A DNA stretch of 48,649 bases, from the NCBI RefSeq assembly GCF_004010195.1, contig NC_057719.1, positions 47,988,130 to 48,036,778 of the forward strand, given 5' to 3'. A program made the translations under genes and the position numbers. Below the pieces are notes generated by a model, which did not search any database, had not been told where the DNA came from, and saw nothing but the letters and a program-made list of their open reading frames with translations. Shown in pieces: positions 1 to 9,914 of this stretch (within the stretch, counting starts at the first letter, position 1; every line of letters begins with the position of its first letter). The DNA is from Chiloscyllium plagiosum (Eukaryota).

Positions 1-240
1 ATCTTCTTCCTGACCTCTCCGCCCCCACCCCAGTCTGACCTATCACCCTCACCTTGACCTCTTTCCACCTATCACATTTCCGACGCCCCTCCCCCTAGTC
101 CCTCCTCCCTACCTTTTATCTTAGCCTGCTGGACACACTTTCCTCATTCCTGAAGAAGGGCTTATGCCTGAAACGTCAATTCTCCTGTTCCCTGGATGCT
201 GCCTGACCTGCTGCGCTTCTCCAGCAACACATTTTCAGCT
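1..240 (+). mobile_element. Penelope-like retroelement 3' terminal (pLTR) fragment interrupting ERV pol
   Basis: Near-identical to the C-rich tail, hammerhead and 'GGATGCTGCCTGACCTGCTGCGCTT..CCAGCAACACATTTTCAGCT' end seen at 2836-3097 and 8301-8670; at 8301-8670 this tail follows GIY-YIG C-terminal coding sequence. Confidence 0.8.
146..181 (+). ncRNA. Minimal type I hammerhead ribozyme motif (PLE-associated)
   Basis: CTGAAGA-AGGGC TTAT GCCT-GAAA-CGTC: CUGANGA core, stem II hairpin, GAAA, then GUC. Confidence 0.6.
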
Positions 241-570
241 CCTCCTGTTCTGGCCCCAGGTTACAGGTTCCAAGATGGGCTTGCCTCCTTTAATTAGTCT
301 CTGGATCAGTTCAGCTAATTTTGCGAATTTGGGTATAAAGCTCTGACTGTAGTTGAATAGCCCTGTGACCTTCTGACTTCCCTGACAGCGGCAGGTCGTG
401 GCATCTGTTGGATTGCCTTCTTACGGTCATTGGGCATTTCTTTGAGTCCCTGGAATATAAGGTGTCCCAGATATAACACTTGTGTTTTGCCAATCTGTGC
501 CTTTGTGGGGCTGACTTTTAACCCTGCAGTTACCAATTTCTGCAATACTAGCCCTAAAGCTTCCTAGTGC
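241..570 (-). pseudogene. pol: Retroviral-type reverse transcriptase C-terminal/thumb fragment
   Basis: H*EALGLVLQKLVTAGLKVSPTKAQIGKTQVLYLGHLI...RKKAIQQMPRPAAVREVR, then frameshifted FNYSQSFIPKFAKLAELIQRLIKGG..EPVTWG; these are post-YxDD RT motifs. Confidence 0.85.
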
Positions 571-661
571 CCACTAGCATCTCACATTCCCTCTCTCCTA
601 TTACTGCAGGCACGTAAATTCTCCCCTCTCCCTTACCCTCGCGAATGGGGGCAGTTGATTG
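565..661 (-). pseudogene. pro: Retroviral aspartic protease N-terminal stub
   Basis: QSTAPIREGKGEGRIYVPAVIGERECEMLVGTR; MLVGTR lies at the expected position of the LVDTG active site and is fused directly to RT sequence. Confidence 0.6.
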
Positions 662-1960
662 TCAGCTCTGCTGACCTCGGGACTCCACAATTCCGCAGTA
701 TTCTGGGTGGTGTTTGGGGGTGCCCCATGCTTTTCCCAGCACACTACTTCTATGTGTCTTGTTCCTTTGCAGTGGCTGCAGTATTTTACATTGATCCCTG
801 ATCTATCTCCTGCTCATGGGACCCTACACTCTCTAGCAAAGTTGTGGCAGGATCGTTTTATTCTATTCTTGCCTTCATTCCAGGAGGCTGCTTTGTCAGG
901 TCTTACCCTTGCTGCAGGAGCTTCTGCATCCTGCACCTTGCTAGCCCACTCGACAAGGTCATCATAATCCTGGGACATTATTACTCACATTTTCAAGATG
1001 GCTTGGTGGCCGCTAGAGAGCCCACCTTTGAAAGCTTGGATGAATGCCTGGTTCCCCCTGATCTGGGTTTGCTTGACCTGAGCATTCTTGATAGATCCTC
1101 CTAAGTAGTCATTCCCCATATTCAGAGGCTCCTTCCCCTGTTAGTTGTTTAGTGTTTGTGATCTTGCTCCATTTGTGGGAGCATTTTCTAGCACCCTCTG
1201 GATTTCTTCTTTAAAGTTGGTGAAGGGGGGCAGCTGGGCATCTATCTCTGTTGTGAGGGCAATGGCATGCGCCCACCGCCCTCCCCTAAAGTCTCGAGCT
1301 GCTGTGGCATCGGGTCTGCCAGCTACCTGTCTCCACTTGTCTGCTGGGAAAGCTGCCTGGACCAGCTGCTATATGTCCCTCAGGTGTAGTTGGTGCCCTA
1401 CCCATGCACTATCTAGCTCTTCCCAGAAGCTGGTGTTTACGCTCTGGGGCTGTAATTTGCCCAGGGAGGCCATAATCTACTGCCTCTCCCCTGGAGTGAA
1501 GGGTTTATAATTCGCTTTAGGTTGCGACTCTGTGCCTCCTCTGGTAACAGGTGCTAAGGTATACTCCTGCATGGTTTGTCCAACAGAGGGAGCAGTTGGC
1601 TCCTGCTGGACAGTTTTGTAGGAGGGGAGACAGTCAGTTTCTCTCTCCACTCGCATTTTTTCCAAGGTGAATTCTAAATTTTTTATTCCGACCTCCAGTT
1701 CTCCAACTTGCTCCTGGTCCTTTCTCCACCTACTCGTGTAGGCACTCATTCAATTCGGCCTGCTAATTGGTGTACTAACATTACCCCTATCGTTTTAGTT
1801 TTATTCCGTTTCTGCTTATCTATCCACTGTCTCTGTTGTGCTAATGTCTGGGATGGATCCCATCCACTCTTCTTCATTTGCTCTGTCAGCCCTGTCTATC
1901 TGTCTTGTACTTCTCAATAAGGGAACCAGCAGTATCCCTCTGAGAGCTTTGATCTGCCAT
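601..1960 (-). pseudogene. gag: Gag polyprotein remnant (stops and frameshifts)
   Basis: ATG at 1960 (MADQSSQ...), coiled-coil-like stretch, LPSY and PTAP (1588-1599) late-domain-like motifs, capsid-start-like 'LAPVTRGG..YKPFTPGERQ', intact knuckle CSHCKGTRHIEVVC (~739-780) and a deleted first knuckle CHN..FAREC. Confidence 0.75.
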
Positions 1961-2064
1961 TTAGCAGGTTGTGTACTCACGGATACCAGGAACAGTAAAG
2001 TGTTCCTAATCCTCTGGGATTTCTCTACCCCCTGGCTGTACGGCTGTAGCAGCCTCCTAGCAAG

Positions 2065-2294
2065 GTGTGCTCTCCACCATTGGGACTTCTCTATCCTCCC
2101 GGCCACCACTACTAGTCGGTACCTACCGGTCGGTTGGAATGCCGGTTCAATAGAGTGTGCTATCTACCAGTGGGACTCTATACCCTTCCGGCCACCTCTA
2201 CTGACCCAATGCCTCCTGACAGGCCCAGAAATCTACCTCTAGCCCAGTGTGCTCTCTACCAATGGGACTCTTTACCGTCTCGGCCACCGCCACT
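2065..2294 (-). repeat. Three ~48-bp direct repeats separated by unique ~42-bp spacers in the ERV leader
   Basis: GTGTGCT(C/A)TC(C/T)ACCA.TGGGACT...CGGCCACC.C.ACT starting at 2065, 2155 and 2247. Confidence 0.85.
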
Positions 2295-2453
2295 ATTCAA
2301 GCTCTGTTGTTCTACTATGGGCTGACAGGGTATCATGGTTACTCATAGTGTCCACGCTCCCCACCTTGGTTACATGTGTTCCACTGAGGTTTGGCTTTTG
2401 GTCAGAATTGAAAAATGTGTTGCTGGAAAAGCGCAGCATCCAAGGAGCAGGAG

Positions 2454-2489
2454 AATCGACATTTCGGGCATAAGCCCTTCTTCAGGAAT
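2454..2489 (-). ncRNA. Minimal hammerhead ribozyme motif
   Basis: Reverse complement reads CTGAAGA-AGGGC TTAT GCCC-GAAA-TGTC-GATT. Confidence 0.6.
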
Positions 2490-2968
2490 GAGGAAGGTGT
2501 GCCAAGCAGGCTAAGATAAAAGATAGTGAGGAGGGACTTGGGGGAGGGGTGTTGGGAATACAATAGGTGGAAGGAGGTTAAGGTGAGGGTGATAGGCCGG
2601 AGAGGGGGTGGGGGCGGAGAGGTCGGGAAGAAGATTGCAGGTCAAGAAAGTGGTGCTGAGTCCGAGGGTTGGGACTGAGGTAAGGTGGGGGGAGGGGAAA
2701 TGAGGAAGCTGGAGCAATCTGCATTCATCCCTTGTGGTTGGAGAGTTCCTAGGCAGAAGATGAGGCGCTCTTCCTCCAGGCGTCGTGTTGCCATGGTCTG
2801 GCGATGGAGGAGGCCAAGGACCTGCATGTCCTTGGACCTCTCCGCCCCCACCCCCTCTCCGGCCTATCACCCTCACATTAATCTCCTTACACCTATCGTA
2901 TCCCAACGCCCCTCACCCAAGTCCCTCCTCCCTACCTTTTATCTTAGGCTGCTTGGCACACCTTCCTC

Positions 2969-3004
2969 ATTCCTGAAGAAGGGCTTATGCACGAAACGTC
3001 AATT
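2969..3004 (+). ncRNA. Minimal hammerhead ribozyme motif
   Basis: CTGAAGA-AGGGC TTAT GCAC-GAAA-CGTC, with one stem II mismatch. Confidence 0.5.
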
Positions 3005-3582
3005 CTCCTATTCCTTGGATGCTGCCTGACCTGCTGCGCTTTTCCAGCAACCCATTTTTCAGCTCTGATCTCCAGCATCTGCAGTCCTCACTTTCTCCTT
3101 TTGGTCAGAGTGGTCAGCTCCAAATCCTCACCACACTGGAAGTTACAAGTACAGACAGCACCCAACTTTAGAGTTCTGCCCCTACAGAGTCCAATGTTAC
3201 CTGACTTTGCCTCTGGTGCTTCACAGCTCCGAGTGCACTTGGCAGCTCAATTCCCACTTCAAATCCCAACCTTTGTGTGTGGGGGGGCTACCTCTCTTAA
3301 CAACCGGTTTCGGGCAGGGCTTTTGAGACAGGCACTACCTTGTCCTCTGGCTGTTTCAGCACAAGCAGCAGGTTCTTACAGCAGTTAATACAGTCACACA
3401 CTTATTCTCCACAGACATGCATTTAAAAACATTTAACTCAGTACTGTAGCAAATTAGAGATTACAATAGCTATAGCTTTTAAACTGTCCTTAGCCTGGTC
3501 TGACTTTTCCCGTTTGCAGGTACAAAGTGGTTTTTACCCTGGCTCCCCGATTGTGGCCATCGACCAGGGCACCAGTAATAAG

Positions 3583-3601
3583 AACCCTGCTTGCAGTGCC
3601 A
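3583..3601 (-). promoter_or_regulatory. Primer-binding site, tRNA-Ser-like
   Basis: TGGCACTGCAAGCAGGGTT begins 2 nt after the LTR end (...TATAACA); it resembles the complement of a vertebrate tRNA-Ser(TGA) 3' end (TGGCGCAGCGAGCAGGGTT), and two of three differences fit CpG decay. Confidence 0.7.
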
Positions 3602-3603
3602 AT

Positions 3604-4323
3604 TGTTATAGGGAAAAACACCAGTCTCGGAGTCAGAATCGGGGTTCAATGACAGAGTTTATTGCACAAAGAAATACTGGAGCTCTGGGGAGAGAAAGAT
3701 ACCAACAGCACAGTGGTCAGCTGTGAGTCTTCTCTCGACCTGGAGCACATGTCAAGAAACATTTATACATCTTGTGATACAATAGGCCTGTGATGGGAAT
3801 ATTGTCTTTGTAACATGGTTTGTTTATGGCAATCATTGCAGAATTGTTGATAGTTTCGATACAGTTTTTGTCAGTTCCAGTGCAGCTTTTGTTAATTTCT
3901 GTGTGGTCATTGTCAGTTTCAGTGTCTGCATGGAAATCCATTGCTGTAGTAATGGGTGCTAATCGCTCTTCCTGAGAAGGACGGTTACTGTAGCCCTGGC
4001 TATTAGCATTTTGTATTGAGGCTGTATCAAGTTGTTAGCATTTCTATAAAAGGTGTTGGCTGGACCCAGATACTTTGGCGGGCAGTGTTTGTTACTCATG
4101 TGTATTCTCTCCCCCACCCGCCTTAAACTAATCAACTGGCTTGTGAGTGCATTGTGCTGGCATTCTGGTGGTCCTAGACAGTGTCTGTATCTGCTTAGCT
4201 GTTTCTCTCCATATTGTGATCTGGCAACCATCTTGTGTGTCAAGTTGGCCATTGGTGGCTCAGTGGCCATCTTGTGTGTCCATGTGCCTAGTGTCACCCT
4301 GTCCCGTGCCATCTCCCTCTTCA
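3604..4323 (-). repeat. 5' LTR of the ERV (~720 bp; outer end approximate)
   Basis: TGAAGAGGG...CCCTATAACA termini; TATA-like GTATAAAT at ~3761-3768; AATAAA at 3658-3663; repeated CAAGATGG motifs in U3; outer end abuts a LINE 3' fragment. Confidence 0.7.
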
Positions 4324-4465
4324 TATGTCCAATCAGATGCCTTTTAAATGTTATAATTGTACTAACCTCCACCACTTTCTCTGGCAGCTCATTCCATACA
4401 CACATCACCCTTTGCGTGAAAAGGTTGCCCATTAGGTTCCTTTTAAATCTTTCCCCCCTCAAATG
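4324..4465 (-). mobile_element. HER1/CR1 LINE 3' fragment
   Basis: GERFKRNLMGNLFTQRVMCVWNELPEKVVE..TFKRHL is the CR1 ORF2 C-terminus. Confidence 0.85.
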
Positions 4466-5879
4466 CAGGAATTTGTTTCCAAGTGGCAAGAATGAAACCT
4501 TTATCATTAATCCTGACCCATTCAGTTGAGTTTCATGGATTCTGTTGTTGTCTGTAGACTGTTACTCAGAGGATTGTATGAGCAGAGAATCTGAATGCAG
4601 ACTGGTACAACCTGTACTGTATTATTTCATTAAAATGAATGATTTTAACATTTACTTAAACTGTGCTATCAATTGTTATAGGTTAACTACCATTTTTGTT
4701 TCAATTTTTACTGATATTTTTGGTAGTCAGCCCCAATCCTGTTTTTCACATAGGCCCCATTATTTCAATTGCATGATTCTCTATAACACGAGATTGCATG
4801 AGAATGTAATTGCGTTTTAACAGAACAGACTGGAGTGCGCCTGTTTTTTCAGTGGCTATTACTGAAATAATGATTCCTGAATTTATAGCGGTCCATTAGT
4901 AGCCTAAAGACACAGGCAATCTATTGAGTATAATTGTACTTCAGTTTCACTCAGATGCCTTCAGCCAACTGTGGACACAGATTGGGATAAGCAACTCTTA
5001 TGTACCATGTCTTAGAGCCATCAAAAAGTCCTTTAGTCTTCTAATATATTAATATTTGCCATATACGCTACTTTGATATGTTACAGAAGTGTGAGACCTT
5101 CATTATATAGATTTTAATTGAATGAATGTGCCGACTTTGACAAGATATTTGTGTATACATATTAGTGGAATTGGATGGCATACATGTCAAAATATCAAAG
5201 GACCTAGTTCTCTTTTCGGAGATCTTTTGTCTTGTAGAAGCGGTTGTGTTTGGATCTAGAAAATGTATTTAATGGTTTTTTTGCAAAGGTACTTAAACAG
5301 GACCTTAAGGAACAAAGGCGTTGTGATTTATCAAGGGGGCTGGGTTTGTAAAATTTGTTCAGTAATGTATTATATTCTCATGCAGCTTATTTAGTTATCT
5401 TACAGAATCCAAGATGTAATTTACCAAGGTTTCCCTGAAATTTATCAGAGTTTTTAAAAAAACATCTTTTGCTAGTGCATCTATGGAAACCAGAGTGGGA
5501 AGAATGCAAAACACCAAACAGTTTAAAAAGCTAAGGAGGGGTTAGGCAACAAGCCAGTTTTTATGATTGAGAGTTTGATTTTCTTTTACATAAGGGCGTT
5601 GCTTTTTTGTAGATGTGGGCAGTGGAATTTTTTGAATGTCAATAGAGAACAAGGCAAATAATGTTGCCAAAGTTCACGAGTACCATTATTACAATATTGT
5701 TTTAAATAAATACTTTAAATGGTACAACAAAATATTGTATTTATGTAGCACCTTTATTCCAGTAAGATGGCCTCAGGTGCCACTCAGCTACAGAGGATAA
5801 ATTAGAACAGATAAGAAAAGCTTGTTCGAAAAGGTAGGTTTTAAAGAGTTTATTAAATCATGAATAAAATGTGGTTGTC

Positions 5880-6567
5880 ACTAGCTAGCAATTATGGCCA
5901 AGTTCCTTAAGATAATGGCAGTTAACTGCAGGTTAGGAGTAGATATACCCACAGTGCTACTTGGAAAGGGGTTCCAGAATTTTGACCCAGTGACTGTGAG
6001 GAACGTGATATATTTCCAAGACCATCTACATGGGTTAGAAGGGAACTTGCTGGTGATTGTGCTCTCATGTATCTGCTGCCCTTGTCCTTCAAAATGGTAG
6101 AGGTCACAGATTTGGAAGGTGCTGTTGCAAAAATGCTTGATGACTTGTAATTGTGCATCTTGTAGATGGTACACACTGCTGCTTCTGTTCATCAGTGGTG
6201 GAGGGATGGATGTAATTCCAGTCAAGTGGATGCTGTCAAGCTTCTTGAGTGTTGTTGGAGCTGCACCAATCCAGGAAAGTGGGAGCTATTCCATTACACT
6301 TCTGACTTGTTTCTTGTAGATGGTGAACAGGCACTGGAGAGACAGGAGAGAATTTACTTACATTAGCATGCCTAGCTTCTGAACTGCTCTTGTAGCTACA
6401 GTACCCTGTATGCTTGTGTGGTTCAGTTTCTGATCAGTGGGATTCAGGAAGTTGAAAGTGGGGAATTCAGTTATGGTAATGCTATTGATTGTCAAAGGGT
6501 ACTAGTTAGATAATTGTATTGTTGGAGATAGTCATTGTCTGACAATGGTCTTGCTGCATTTGAACAT
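5880..6567 (-). mobile_element. CR1-group (Zenon-like) LINE 3' fragment
   Basis: Encodes ...TLKKLDSI...AAVCTIYKMH..; same family as 18270-18835, 25000-25780 and 48105-48361. Confidence 0.7.
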
Positions 6568-7534
6568 TGTTGAGACCTTCATTATTTTTATTTTCATCAT
6601 TTTGGTTTGAAGATGAGACCTGAAGGTGACCTTTGAGTTATGAACATCAACTTGTTTTAAAAAAAAGGACAAGCTGTTATTTGTTTGAGGCCAGGCCTGG
6701 AACTAGTTGTAGGTTGATTTTTGTTCAAAGTACTTAATAGCCATCTCAATGTATTATGCCTTGCAAGGAGCTATGATGTCAATCAGTCTACCAAGGAAAG
6801 CGGTGGGAAAAACAGAAAGAGAAACCAAGGTTTGAACAGAAACAAAAACAGAAGTTGCTGGAAAAGTTCAGCAGCTTTGGCAGCATCTATGAAGAGAAAT
6901 CAAAGTTAACATTTCAAGTCCGGTGACTCTTCCTGAGAAACATTAACTCTGATTTCTCTTCACGGACCTGCTGAGTTTTTCCAACAACTTCTGTTTTTGT
7001 TTCTAATTTACAGCATCTGTAGTCTTTTGGTTTTTACAAAGTTTGAACAGGTTTTAAACTGTATTTTAGTCAAGAGAATTGTGGCTGCCAAAGCTACAGG
7101 ATGGCATCTGATTGCTGCCCGGTAATTCTCTTATTATCAACTTATCGGAAGTTCAGAGAGTAGAATCACTGTTTTCGGTATATTAGTGAATATTAATCAG
7201 AGCCTACTAGAAGCTCTTTGCATTTACTGGTGTCTTCAGAAACCAAGAAAGATGTAATCCCACGTGCCTGTGATATGATGGATCATGGAGAATGCTCAAG
7301 TCAACTGACAGTTACATCTCAGTTATTGTTCTTTTGATTTATCCCTAACATGTCTGTTTGTCTGTCTGTATTTGTATAAGTGGGGGATAGAAGTATTAGA
7401 TGAGAATGATCATGCAAAACCTTGATTAGTTTTTGGACTGCTCCACCAATTTGGACACAAACTCCCAGATGCTAGTAAGGGTGAGTTTGCAGGGTAAAAG
7501 TGCAGAGTTCGCAACCACCAATTCCATGTTAACA
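6568..7534. mobile_element. Possible solo LTR containing a nested PLE fragment
   Basis: Begins TGTTGAG and ends TGTTAACA, directly after the LINE fragment; no clean TSD. Confidence 0.3.
6840..7036. mobile_element. Inverted-repeat PLE-derived short element (second family)
   Basis: Arms AACAAAAACAGAAGTTGCTGGAAAA... / ...TTTTCCAACAACTTCTGTTTTTGTT; 14-bp TSD CAA(G/A)GTTTGAACAG at 6826-6839 and 7037-7050. Confidence 0.7.
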
Positions 7535-7639
7535 CTATTCAGATCAATGCCAGGTAGTTAATTAGGTTTCATTCTTTTTCTTCAACTGTATCATAGTTAG
7601 ATACAACTAAGTTTTTAGAGAATATTTAAGAGTGAATCA

Positions 7640-7850
7640 CATTACTGAGAGCCTGGATTCACATGTAGGTCAGGTTAGACTCTTCCTTAAAGGATATTAA
7701 TGAACTAGATAGGTTTTTTACAATAGTCCACATGGTATCATTGTCAACATTAGCCTACCTTTTCCAGATTATTAATAATTAATTGAATTCAAATTTCACT
7801 AACTATGAAGGTGGGTTTTAAATCCATATTCTCAGCATTCTCATTACAAC
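7640..7850 (-). mobile_element. Ancient SINE fragment (SacSINE/DeuSINE-like)
   Basis: TTCCAGATT..AATTGAATTCAAATTTCAC..GTGGG motif shared with 11280-11430 (same strand) and 13830-14085 (opposite strand). Confidence 0.4.
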
Positions 7851-8300
7851 AGTGTCCTGTTACTTAACTGGTTTGATTCCAGCAGAAATGTCCTTAGGAA
7901 CTGAGTTTTAGAGAATAAACTTTTTTAAGGATTGAACATTTCCAGAGAAGTATAATTTGTGAGTTTAAAGAATTACTGTTCATTTCAGGTCCAGGTGACG
8001 ATGTGAACTTTGGATCTTAAACAGATAACTCAAAAGAAATATTAAGTTAGACTAATATGTTTTACATTGTAAGGTGTGCCCTGAACTGTTAGACCCAGCC
8101 TGTTACTGATTATATGTATATCTGTTGTATTACATTCAGAGGAATTTACTTCTTTAACATCATTTGAACAAAAGTCACTTCATTTTTGTTCAAAATGTGT
8201 TTCAGGGTAAATAAGGCCAACAACACCTCCGCTAAATATCCATGCAAATGGTTAAATTTATTTCAAACATTTTTTGTGTGCTTTGAGACAGAACCAGCTG

Positions 8301-8670
8301 CTTCCGCCTAGGAACCCTCCAACCACAAGGGATGAACTCAGATTTCTCCAGTTTCCTCATTTCCCCCCCTCCCCTCACCTTGTCTCAGTCCCAACCCTTG
8401 AACTCAGCACCACCTTCCTAACCTGCAATCTTCTTCCTGACCTCTCCGCCCCCACCCCCACTCCGGCCTATCACCCTCACCTTAACCTCCTTCCACCTAT
8501 TGCATTTCCAACGCCCCCTCCCCCCAAGTCCCTCCTCCCTACCTTTTATCTTAGCCTGCTTGGCACACTTTCCTCATTCCTGAAGAAGGGCTCATGCCCG
8601 AAATGTCAATTCTCCTGCTCCTTGGATGCTGCCTCATCTGCTGCGCTTTTCCAGCAACACATTTTCAGCT
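8301..8670 (+). mobile_element. Penelope-like 3' fragment (GIY-YIG tail FRLGTLQPQGMNSDF, pLTR, hammerhead at ~8576-8611)
   Basis: Homologous to 2407-2835; core CTGAAGA-AGGGC TCAT GCCC-GAAA-TGTC. Confidence 0.85.
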
Positions 8671-9227
8671 GGTTCAATGCTTGGTATGGGTAAAAGTGGC
8701 AGAAAGACCTAAATTGTACAATTTTATGAACATGAAGTTAAGTTCCCAATCCATTAATCAGTACCTTTTTCAAGTCTGTATCTACTTCATTTTAACTGTG
8801 AATCTAACTACTTTATGTTTACCAACCCAATAGTATGTTGTATCTTCAGTCTGTTTACTTGTCCTCTGTAATTGCCTAAACTTAAATCTAACAATGGAGT
8901 ATTTCCAGCTGGACCGATAACAAAATGACTTAGTGAAAAGGCCTGAATATAAATTCTCTGTACTTCTACCACAATGGACTTGACAGACTGCATAGCCCCT
9001 GACCATCTTGTAGAATTATGTGATTCATTTGGCTGCATTTTATGAATCCCTAACAGTATGTTTGAAGATGGAGTCTCATAAAATGCAATGCACAGTCTTT
9101 ACACAATTTTCTCTCTTGCTGGCGACTTTTCTCTCACTTTACAGTGGGCAAGAGAGACATCATGCAGCCTGTCCACACTTGTGCCTATGGAAGTACTTAA
9201 GTGGCAATTAGCTCTGGCTAATATAAA

Positions 9228-9912
9228 TGCTGAACAAAGAGACCTTGGAATGCAAGTTCATATTTCCTTGAAAGTGGGTCTTTGGGGTGAAAGTGTAGTG
9301 AAGAAGGCATTTGGTATGCTTTCCTTTATTGGTCAGAGCATTGAGTATAGGAGTTGGGAGGTCATGGACAGGACATTGGTTCGACCACTGTTGGAATATT
9401 GTGTGCAATTCCGGTCTCCTTCCTATTGGAAAGATGTTGTGAAACTTGAAACGGTTCAGAAAAGATTTACAAGGATGTTGTTAGAGTTGGAGGATTTGAG
9501 TTACAGGGAGAGGTTGAATAGGCTGGGGCTATTTTCCCTGGAGGGTGAGTGATGACCTTATAGAGGTTTATAAAATCATGAGGCACATGGCTAGGATAAA
9601 TAGACAAGGTCTTTTCCCTGGTGTGGGGAAGTCCAGAACTAGAATGCATAGGTTTAGGTGAAAGGGAAAAGATTTAAAAGGGACCTCAGGGGCCCCTTTT
9701 TTCACACAGAAGGTGGTGCATGTATGGAATGAACTGCCAGAGGAAGTGATGCAACATTTAAAAGGCATCTGGATGGATTTCTAAATAGGAAGAGTTTAGA
9801 GGGATATGGGCTAAATGCTGCCAAATGGGACTAGATTAGATTCATATAGCTGGTCAGCATGGATGAGTTGGACTGAAGGGTCTGTTTCTGTGCTGTACAT
9901 CTCTATGACTCT
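9228..9912 (+). mobile_element. HER1/CR1 LINE 3' portion
   Basis: EQRDLGMQVH..LVRPLLEYCVQF..VQKRFTRML..SYRERLNRLGLFSLE, followed by the ..CTCTATGACTCTA tail. Confidence 0.9.
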
Positions 9913-9914
9913 AA

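Larger units (their letters stand above)
2407..3097. mobile_element. Penelope-like element with inverted structure (minus arm ~2407-2835 including GIY-YIG C-terminus; plus arm ~2836-3097) inserted in the ERV leader
   Basis: Minus ORF MQVLGLLHRQTMATRRLEEERLIFCLGTLQPQGMNAD matches the PLE GIY-YIG tail; 12-bp direct repeat CTTTTGGTCAGA at 2395-2406 and 3098-3109. Confidence 0.85.
241..4323 (-). mobile_element. Decayed endogenous retrovirus / LTR retroelement, 5' half (LTR-PBS-leader-gag-pro stub-RT thumb); probably continues left of the window
   Basis: Ordered LTR, PBS, gag with CCHC knuckle, retropepsin N-terminus and RT thumb motifs, all on the minus strand. Confidence 0.85.

Noticed and set aside
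2065..2294. CRISPR-like repeat-spacer array
   Set aside because: Eukaryotic retroviral leader context, only three degenerate repeats, no cas genes
2511..3388. Proline/glycine-rich ORFs of 114-139 aa (also 8274-8693)
   Set aside because: Translations of the C-rich PLE terminal repeat in non-coding frames
4730..4832. Tigger/pogo MITE-like end (also ~11630-11860)
   Set aside because: Resemblance only; paired TIRs and TA duplication could not be established
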